DNA of 64,000 bases, taken from IMG/VR virus record IMGVR_UViG_3300046615_000768, positions 1 to 64,000 of that record. One strand, given 5' to 3'. Shown here piece by piece: positions 52,285-61,000 of the stretch. The position numbers were made by a program, and so were the translations under genes. Positions within the stretch are counted from its first letter, which is position 1; the number at the start of each line of letters is the position of its first letter. Source of the stretch: a virus (lineage: Duplodnaviria; Caudoviricetes). The notes beneath the pieces are model-generated. The model saw only the letters and a list, made by a program, of their open reading frames with translations. It did not search any database and was not told the DNA's origin.

Positions 52285-55200
52285 ATGACGACTTCCAACA
52301 AGTGGCGACTGCTGATCACGGCGAACGCTGGCTATTCCGGCCAGCTGTGCATCGGCGACTGGCAGTTGCGCACGACTCCCGGCGTTGCCCGCCCGTTTGT
52401 CCAGCAGTCGATGACGGCTTCTGTGAACGACGGCGGCGCCGCGTCCCTGCTGGGCGCGGCCAGCCTTACCGAACACATCAGCACCTACACCACGGGCGAC
52501 ATGGTCGCCCTGACGCTGCCATTTAACATCAACGTCGGCGGCCTGGTGACGAACCAGGTCGTCGTCAACAGCTACGGCATGGTCTCGTTCGGCCATGACG
52601 GCACCTCCTACGGCTACGAAGACTGGCTCGACGAGGGCAATGCGATCCCGTACCCGTTCATCGCGCACGGCATGGGGCAGGGCTATGGCGGCAGCGCCTT
52701 CCAGCACCTGTACGCCGGCGCCGAGAACAGCGGCAGCACCTACCGCATCCGCCTCGAAATGTTCGCCGGCTGGGAGGACCCGGGCGACGGCACCGTCAAT
52801 ACCGTCTGGGAAGTGACGTTCGACTCGGCCCAGCCCGACCGCATGCGCATCGACTTCGGCACCAGCGGCTACGCCGCCATTACCGACGGCGGCGGCGTCA
52901 TGGCGTGCGTCGGCGATGGCGTCAACATTGCCCTGGTTGCGCAGTTCCCGAGCGTCGTCAACAAGCAGTACACCCTCATCACCGGCGAGATCCCGGCCGA
53001 CGGCGTCGTCGCTGCCTCCTCGGCCGACTCGTTCAACCCGCCAAGCGGCGCGATTGACGGCGTGGACTACACGTCCTGGGTCGCCAACATGACGCCCTCC
53101 GTCGGCACGCCCGGCTGGATCGAATACACCTTCACTTCGCCGCAGACGATCGCCGAATACACCATCGCCGCGCCGTCTTCCTACTACAGCAACCCGCTCG
53201 ACTCGCTCCCGAAGGACTGGACGCTCCAGTATTGGGACGGCAGCGCGTGGCAGGTGCAGGACACGCAAACGAACCAGACCGGCTGGTCCTACGACCAGGT
53301 GCGCACCTTCGCGGCCCTCCCGCCCAGCAACGACGGCGACGTGCTGCTGCCCCTGATGTCGCTCAGCGCGATCATTGCCGCGCCCGACGCCATCATCGGC
53401 GACAACATGACGACGCAGCCGCTGTCGCTCAGCGGCACACTCGCGCGCGCCCACGACGGCCAGGTCAACCTCGGCAATCCCCTGAACCTCGGCCCGCTCT
53501 ATAACGCCACCCCGTTCACGCTTGCGGCCGTCGGCGAACGCGGCGCGCTCCTCACTGGCGAAGCGACGTTCGAGGAACTGCTGCTCGAAGGCTCGCTGGA
53601 ACCGGCGCTGCCCCTGCCGGGCCTGACGCTGGCCGCCCAAGGCGTCGCCGGCACGGTCGCCACGGCCAGCATCACCCTGTCGTTCCCATCGCTCGAAGCC
53701 GTCACCCTCGACCCGATCACCCTGTCCGCGCTGGGCGTGGCCGCCACCGGCGTGGCCGGCACCGTCGGCACCGTCGCACTTGGCCTGCCGTACCTCGACG
53801 CCGCCGGCACCTTCCTCACCGGCACGGCCGCCGCGGGCGATGTGCGCGTCGGCCCGTTCGTCGTCGATGCCTCCTTCGGCACCGCCGGCGATATCTCCCT
53901 CGCACAGCTGGGTATTGCCGCCACCGCCGTGACCGGCACCGCAGCCGACGCCTCGATCCTCTTCAACCGCGCGACCCTCGACGCCTCCGGCCTGTCCGAC
54001 CAGCTGCCAACCGCCGGCGAAGCGATCCTGCTGCCGCTGGACGCGGCCGGGACCATGCTCGCCGGCCAGATCGGCCAGGGCGCCGCCAACCTGCTCGCGC
54101 CGACACTGGCAGCGATCGGGCAGGGCGATGCGGTCCTCGACGGCGCGCTCCTGTTCGATCCGCTGCTGCTGGCCGGTTCCGGCCTGGCGGGCCCGGTCGC
54201 CAACGGCGCACTGACGCTCTCGCCGTGGACTGTTGCCGCCACCGGCAGCGCGCCCCTGCCTGACAACAATGGCGCCGGCGCCGCGCTCTTCGGCACCCTG
54301 CAAGGCGCGGGCGTCCTGCTCGCCGGGCGAATCGCCGACGGTGCTGTCACGCTCGCGGCGCCGATCCTGCTGGCAACCCTCGTCGGCGACCAGATTGCCG
54401 ACGGGGCACTGGCCCTGCGCGCGCCGAGCCTCGCCGCCACTGCCACCAACAACCCGGCCGGCGTGGCCCCGGGCGAAGCGAGCGGCGCGCTGTCCCTGCC
54501 GGATCTGACCCTTGCCGCGACCGCCACGACCGGCACGCTGGCCAGCGGCGACGGCCTGCTGCCGCGCCTGCAGGTCGACGCCGACCTGCTGGGCGAACGC
54601 ATCGGCACCGGCGCCGTCGCTATGTCTGCCCTGCTGGCCGACGCCCGCATGGTCGAATCGGCCGCCGCACCCGCCACCGGCAGCGCAGCTTTCCCCGTCC
54701 TGCAAGCTGCGGCCGCCATGTTCGGCGACACCACGGCCGACGCCAGCCTGCCGCTGCCGCGCCTGGGCGTGTCTGGGACCATGCCGCCCGAACTGATCGG
54801 CGCCGCCAACGCAGCCCTGCCGGTCCTGCTGGTCGACGCGCGCATGATCGAATCGGCCGCCGCGCCTGCCAACGGCGCCGCGAACTGGTCCATCTGGCAG
54901 ATCGCAGCCACCATGCACGGCGGCACCATCGCCGACGGCAACCTGCCGTTGCCGCGCTTCGGCGTGCTTGGGACCATGCCGCCCGAGCTGATCGGCGACG
55001 CGAACTTGGCCCTGCCGGCCCTGCACCTGGCCGGCGCCCTGATCGAGAGCGCCGCCGCACCGGCCGACGCCGGAGCAACCCTGCCGGCCTTCCAGCTGGC
55101 CGCGACCCTGGCCGCCGGCGGCATGGTCGACGGCGCCGCGCTGCTGCGCGCGCCCGTCGTTGCCGCCGAAGCCTACGCCAGCACCGAGGCGAGCGCGGAC

Positions 55201-56028
55201 CTGCGCCTGCCACAGCCGGGCCTTGCAGCCTTTGCCACGGCCGACAGTGTGACCCACGGCGCCGTGTCCCTGCGGCAGCTCGAAGCCGACGGCAACCTGA
55301 CCGCCACCATCGAGGGCGCGGCGACACTGCGCCAACTCGACCTTGTCGCATTCGGCAACGCTGCCGCCGTCATCCATGGCGACGTGCAGCTGGTGGCGAT
55401 CGAAACAAGCGCCGCCGCCGTGCCTGGCAACATCGCCATGGCGTCGATCACGGTCCCGCTGCTGCACGTCGACGCCGACGGCTACCTCGACACGGTCGGC
55501 ACGGCCACCGTCGCGCTGCCGCTGTTGGCCATGGAGGGTGTGGGCATCGCCTCCGTGCCGGCGCCCGTGTTCACCGCCGTGGCCGTCAATACGCGCAACC
55601 AGGCCGCCACGACCTACGAAGGGCTGGGCTTCAACAGCGTCACCAGCTTCAACGGCATGGTCCTGGCCGCCACTGCCGACGGCATCGTGGCCCTTGCCGG
55701 CGACACCGACCAGGGCGCGCCGATCGCGGCGATGCTCGCCTCGGGCGTGACCAGCATGGACAGCGAGCAGATGAAACGCGTCCTGTGCGGCTACGCCGGC
55801 TACAGCGCGACGGGCAACCTTGAACTGACCCTGATCACCGATACCCACCACGAATACGTCTATGCGCTCGTGCCGGAACAGGTCGGCCAGCTGCACGCCG
55901 CGCGCGTGAAGTTCGGCCGCGGCGTTGAGGGCCGCTACTGGCAGTGGAAGCTGGCCAACAAGGCCGGCGCCCACTTCGCCCTGGACAAGCTGACGCTGGA
56001 CGTATCCCCCCTGTCGAGACGTACATGA
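52285..56028 (+). CDS. 1247-aa tail protein with a discoidin/F5-8C-like module and about 21-aa repeats
   Basis: AIDG...TSW...WIEYTF.SPQTIAEYTI...PKDWTLQYWDGSAW; internal 63-aa duplication; C-terminal GRYWQWKL. Confidence 0.75.
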   Translation: MTTSNKWRLLITANAGYSGQLCIGDWQLRTTPGVARPFVQQSMTASVNDGGAASLLGAASLTEHISTYTTGDMVALTLPFNINVGGLVTNQVVVNSYGMVSFGHDGTSYGYEDWLDEGNAIPYPFIAHGMGQGYGGSAFQHLYAGAENSGSTYRIRLEMFAGWEDPGDGTVNTVWEVTFDSAQPDRMRIDFGTSGYAAITDGGGVMACVGDGVNIALVAQFPSVVNKQYTLITGEIPADGVVAASSADSFNPPSGAIDGVDYTSWVANMTPSVGTPGWIEYTFTSPQTIAEYTIAAPSSYYSNPLDSLPKDWTLQYWDGSAWQVQDTQTNQTGWSYDQVRTFAALPPSNDGDVLLPLMSLSAIIAAPDAIIGDNMTTQPLSLSGTLARAHDGQVNLGNPLNLGPLYNATPFTLAAVGERGALLTGEATFEELLLEGSLEPALPLPGLTLAAQGVAGTVATASITLSFPSLEAVTLDPITLSALGVAATGVAGTVGTVALGLPYLDAAGTFLTGTAAAGDVRVGPFVVDASFGTAGDISLAQLGIAATAVTGTAADASILFNRATLDASGLSDQLPTAGEAILLPLDAAGTMLAGQIGQGAANLLAPTLAAIGQGDAVLDGALLFDPLLLAGSGLAGPVANGALTLSPWTVAATGSAPLPDNNGAGAALFGTLQGAGVLLAGRIADGAVTLAAPILLATLVGDQIADGALALRAPSLAATATNNPAGVAPGEASGALSLPDLTLAATATTGTLASGDGLLPRLQVDADLLGERIGTGAVAMSALLADARMVESAAAPATGSAAFPVLQAAAAMFGDTTADASLPLPRLGVSGTMPPELIGAANAALPVLLVDARMIESAAAPANGAANWSIWQIAATMHGGTIADGNLPLPRFGVLGTMPPELIGDANLALPALHLAGALIESAAAPADAGATLPAFQLAATLAAGGMVDGAALLRAPVVAAEAYASTEASADLRLPQPGLAAFATADSVTHGAVSLRQLEADGNLTATIEGAATLRQLDLVAFGNAAAVIHGDVQLVAIETSAAAVPGNIAMASITVPLLHVDADGYLDTVGTATVALPLLAMEGVGIASVPAPVFTAVAVNTRNQAATTYEGLGFNSVTSFNGMVLAATADGIVALAGDTDQGAPIAAMLASGVTSMDSEQMKRVLCGYAGYSATGNLELTLITDTHHEYVYALVPEQVGQLHAARVKFGRGVEGRYWQWKLANKAGAHFALDKLTLDVSPLSRRT

Positions 56029-58022
56029 GCGACCGCAACGACGACGACCTGGTCTACAACGAGTCCATCGCCACCGGCCCGGTGCGCATGCAGCTCTACG
56101 GCGACGAAGCGCTCGCCGAGAGCCACATGCGCAACGCCCGCGCTGTGCTGGGCAAGATGAAGACGGCCTATGGCGTCAACGAACGCATGGCAGCCGGCGA
56201 ACCCGGCGGCTACTTCCGCACCCAGCGCATCATGGCCGATGGCACCCGCATCGAAGCGTTCACAAACGATGGGCTCGACAGCGTGCGGATCACCGCGCCG
56301 GTCAAGCGCGAAGTCGTCGCGCCCATCCCCGAGCCACAGGGCGAATCGACCGACTTCACCCCGACGCCGGTTGACTTCGAGTACGAGCCCGAGTGGCCCG
56401 AGAAGAGCGAGAAGAAGGGCAAGCCGCCAGTGCTTGAATTCACGCCCTACCTCTGGATCGGCGTGCGCATCGTCTCGGGCAGCGACCCGCTGGAGTCCGA
56501 CGAGATCAAGTACCCACAGAAGTGGGCCCAGCAGCTGCATGTGTGCGTGTGGGAGCCCACGCCGCCGGATGAAGACCCCGTCATCCTCTCGAACCGCAAC
56601 GACTTCGAGCCGCTCGTCACGCCCCCGCTCCAGCATCTGGAAGACAAAGAGGTCTATCCGCTCCAGCACTGGAAGCAGTTCATTCCGTCCGACTTCGAGG
56701 ACCCGCGCAAGGAAGAACGCGCCAACCAGGACTTCGACAAGCCGCTGCCGACGGCGATCGCCTACACCGACCGCAAGCTGGTCATGATCCAGCCGGACAA
56801 CGTCTATGACGTGGAAATGCGCGTGCCCAACTACGACCCAAGGCACGACCCGGACGTGAAGTGGGACATCATGTTCATTTCCGACCCGGACAACGACCTG
56901 AAGCTGGCCGACACGGCCGACCCGACCGTCACCATGGAAGCCGACTACAGCGGCGGCGAGTACCTGATCAAGGTCATGTGTGTCGGCCCCGACTGCCACC
57001 AGCTCGCTCCGGTCGAGGTGGAAATCATGATCATCATCGGCAAGGACCACGAAGAGATCCGGGACTCGAAGCGCTTCACGATCCAGGAGCACACGAACTA
57101 CCGCATGGGCATCATGCCGCTGGGCTGGTTCAAGGAAAAGCAGCCGGCGCCGGATCACCCGTGCGACGAGTGCAACTACCGCGCCCAGGATTACGGACCC
57201 AACCCGCACGCCGACCACTGGTGGCAGGGCATGGCCGTGGCCACCGTGCCGCCCATCCAGCGAGAAGTGTCCCAGGAGGAGTATTTCCCGCCCGTCATTT
57301 CGTTCAGCAAGGATGGCGTAGTCGAGTACCCCGAACCAGGCTTCTTCGAGCCGGCCGCCTTCCATGACCGCGCCGCGATCTGCCCCGGTTGCAACATCAC
57401 CAGCGTGCGCTATTTCCAGGATGCGTTCCAGACCGCACAGATCTGGTGGGAGATGCAGCCCAACGATGCGTGCGACTACAACACGCACGTCCTCGGCGAC
57501 TTTTTCGACTCGAAACACTATGTCACGGTCAAAAAGATCAACTACGAAGTCGGCGGCTCGAAGCCCTACGAGACGATGGACGGCTACACCTTCAGCATGC
57601 CGGAGGGTGGGGACGCCGCGCCGATTGTCGACGAATACACGTTCGCGTGGACGGACGGCATTGGCGGCCGCTGCGTCGGCAAGGACCACGACCCCTGGTA
57701 TGCCGATGTCAACTATACCGAGCTGGGCGAGCTGCTGTTCAACGACACGGTGGCCTTCATCGCCAGGATGGAACAGCATTTCGGTGGTCCGCCGGAACGA
57801 ACGATGGCCTATTCCAGCTGGACCATCACAACGGAAACCTACGCGAACGGGGATTCCAGCGGAGAAAGAAAGTCGTACATCAGCCTGGGCGAATTCATCG
57901 GCGGGCCGTTCAATGTGCACAACAACCCGGATGCAAAGGGTTACGACATTTGCAGCAAGAGCGAGCGCTGGACCTGGAGCGTGCTCGACATCGACAACCT
58001 CCCTCCAAATCATCAGAAGTAA
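56025..58022 (+). CDS. Hypothetical virion-associated protein
   Basis: ATGA overlap with the upstream gene; acidic. Confidence 0.7.
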   Translation: MSDRNDDDLVYNESIATGPVRMQLYGDEALAESHMRNARAVLGKMKTAYGVNERMAAGEPGGYFRTQRIMADGTRIEAFTNDGLDSVRITAPVKREVVAPIPEPQGESTDFTPTPVDFEYEPEWPEKSEKKGKPPVLEFTPYLWIGVRIVSGSDPLESDEIKYPQKWAQQLHVCVWEPTPPDEDPVILSNRNDFEPLVTPPLQHLEDKEVYPLQHWKQFIPSDFEDPRKEERANQDFDKPLPTAIAYTDRKLVMIQPDNVYDVEMRVPNYDPRHDPDVKWDIMFISDPDNDLKLADTADPTVTMEADYSGGEYLIKVMCVGPDCHQLAPVEVEIMIIIGKDHEEIRDSKRFTIQEHTNYRMGIMPLGWFKEKQPAPDHPCDECNYRAQDYGPNPHADHWWQGMAVATVPPIQREVSQEEYFPPVISFSKDGVVEYPEPGFFEPAAFHDRAAICPGCNITSVRYFQDAFQTAQIWWEMQPNDACDYNTHVLGDFFDSKHYVTVKKINYEVGGSKPYETMDGYTFSMPEGGDAAPIVDEYTFAWTDGIGGRCVGKDHDPWYADVNYTELGELLFNDTVAFIARMEQHFGGPPERTMAYSSWTITTETYANGDSSGERKSYISLGEFIGGPFNVHNNPDAKGYDICSKSERWTWSVLDIDNLPPNHQK

Positions 58023-58046
58023 TTCACCTTTCTCTCGGAGTTCACT

Positions 58047-61000
58047 ATGGCTGGACGTATCGGCGGCGGTTTTACGCCTGTAGGACCCGTCGCGCCTGCG
58101 ACGGCGGCCGGCCCGGCACCCGGAGCCGATCCCGCGCGGCCGGCCGATCCCGCGCGGCCGGCCGATGCCGCGAAGCCGGCCGAACCCGCAACTGCGGTCG
58201 ACCAGGCGCCCTGGATCGAAGGACGTGCCACCGGCGTCGTCGAGGGCTACATGTCCAGCTCGCAGTCGCTGGCAGAGGAGGCTCACCGCGAAGCCATGAG
58301 GGCGATCACGGAGCTGGGCATGTTCCAGGCGAACCTGCCGTTCCTCGGCATGCCGAACATTCCGATCCCGGAGGTGCCGCTCGAACCGCTGGGCCAGGCC
58401 CCGGTCGAGCCGGATAACCTGGTCGCGGCCTTCCCGAGCGCGCCGACCGCGCCGCAGATCGGCACGCTGCCAGCGATCGAGGTCGGCCCTGCGCCCGAGT
58501 TCAACGTCGCCACCCCGTTCCTGCTCGATATCCCGCTGCCGGACCCGCTCGCCGCCGTCCCGCCGACCGCGCCAGTGCTGACGCCCGTGCCGGTGCCGTC
58601 CGCGCTGACCGCCACCGTCCCGACCGCGCCGACCCTGGCCGACGTGCCCGCACCCGACGCCTTCACCGCCCAGGTGCCCGACAGCCCCGTCATCACCGCC
58701 CCGGACATGCCGACGCCGCTGTCGGCCAACCTGCCGGGCGCACCGAGCCTGTCGCAGCTGCAGGCACCGTCGAACCTGTCCGTCAGCGCGCCGGCCGCAC
58801 CGCAGATCAACGTCGTGCCGGTCCCGGGCGCACTCGACGCGACCCTGCCGGCCGCCCCGACGCTGGCCGCGCTCGACGCGCCGTCGCCGCTGGCCAGCAC
58901 GCTCCCGAGCGCGCCGCAGCGTAACGTCGTGCCGGTCCCGGGCGCCCTCGCCGCCGAAGCCCCGGGCGCGCTCACGCTCAACGAAGTGCCGGTGCCGGCG
59001 CCGCTCACGGCCACCGCGCCGCAAGCGCCGACCCTGAACGCGATCGTCGTGCCAGATCCACTGGCCGCGACCCTGCCATCCGTTCCAACGCTGTCCGAAC
59101 TCGTCCAACCGAGTCCACTCGACGCCCAGCTGCCAGTCGCCCCGGACCAGACCGCCGTCGCCGTGCCGCAGCCCTTGCAGGCAAGCGCGCCACTCGTGCC
59201 AAACCTGGTCGAGCCGGACCGCCCGGCGCCGCTGGCCGCCGTCCTGCCGCAGGCGCCGCAACTGACGCCGGTGGACGTGCCGGCCGCGTTCGACGCGAGT
59301 CTGCCGGGCCTGCCGGTCCTGAACGACCCGAGCGCACCGAGCCCGCTGGCCATCGACGCGCCGCTGCCGCCGCAGCTGTCGGCGATCGCCGCGCCGTCGT
59401 CGCTGGCCGTGAACCTGCCGGGCGCGCCCGTGCTCGACCAGTTCGCCGTCCCGGCCGCGCTGGCCGTCGACGCCCCGGCCGCTCCCGAGCTGGCCACGAT
59501 CGCCGCGCCGGCACCGCTCAACGCCACGCTGCCGGGCGCGCCGACGCTGAGTCAGTTCGCCGTCCCGACGCCGTTCGACACCCCCGCCCCGGTCGCGCCG
59601 GAGCTGGCCGTCATCGCGGTGCCCGGTGCGATCACGACCGCGCTGCCGGACGCGCCGGTCCTCGACCAGTTCGCCGCGCCGGCCGCGCTCGCTCTTGACG
59701 CGCCGGTCGCGCCCGAGCTGGCCACGCCAGCCGTCCCGGCGCCGCTCGACGCCACCGTGCCAGGCGCGCCGACCCTGAGCCAGTTCGCGGTCCCGACGCC
59801 TTTTGACACCGCCGCCCCGGTCGCACCCGAGCTTTCCGTCATCGCCGTACCCGGCGCACTCACGACTGCGCTGCCGGACGCGCCGCTCTTGGCCGAGATC
59901 CCGGCGCCGTCGCCGTTCGACCTGGCCCCGCCCGAAGTGCCGCAGCTGGCGGCGATCGCCGTCCCCGCGCCGCTCGACGCGACCCTGCCGACGGCCCCCG
60001 TCGTCAACGAGATCGAGACCCCGGCGCCGCTCGACGCCGCGCTGCCGGCCGCGCCACAGCTGGCCGATGTCGTCCTGCCGCTCGAACCGGACTTCGTGTT
60101 CCCGAGCGTGCCGACCATGGCCGGCCTGAACCTGCCGGACGTGCCGATCCTCGACCTGCCGCTCTACAACGACACCCTGCGCGCCGGCCCCGACGCGCCT
60201 GACACGAACTTCACCTGGGCCGAGGTCGAGTACAACACCACGCTGCTCGGCACAATGAACAGCCGCCTGGTCGAACTGGTCAACGGCGCGACCACCGGCC
60301 TCGATCCGGTCGTCGAGCAGGCCATCTGGAACCGCGGGCGCGACCGCCAGGCATTGATCACCCAGCGCGGCGTCGAGGAGGCAACGCGCCTGTTCGCCGG
60401 GCGCGGCTTCAAGATCCCGGGCGGCACGCTGGTGCGCATCGTGCAGCAGGCCGTGCAGGAAGGCATGAACGCCGACAGCGATCTCTCGCGCGACGTGATG
60501 ATCAAACAGGCCGAACTTGAACAGGCGAATTTCCAGTTTGCATTTAACCTGGCAATGCAGCTTGAGTCGCGTTTGATCGAACACTACAATTCTGTGCAGA
60601 CTCGTTCGCTCGACGCCGCCAAGTTCACTGTCGCGTCCGCGATCGACCTCTTCAACGCACGCATTTCTCTCTTCCAGGCCGATGTGCAGGCCTTCTCGGC
60701 CAAGGCCGAAGTGTTCAAGACCAGGCTCCAGGCTGCGCTCGCGCAGCTGGATATCTATAAAGCAGAACTGGAAGGGCAGAAACTGATCGGTGAGATCAAT
60801 TCCCAGGCCGTTGCCGTGTACACCGCGCAAATCGACGCGGTTAAATCCATGGCCGACGTGTACCGCACCCGTGTGGACGCGGTGAAGGTACGAATTGAGG
60901 CCGATGCTTCCAAAGTGGAAATGTACCGCGCCCAGCTGGCCGGGTTCGAGTCGCAGGTGCGCGCCAAGTCCTCCGAGTACGAGGGCTACGCCACCCGCGT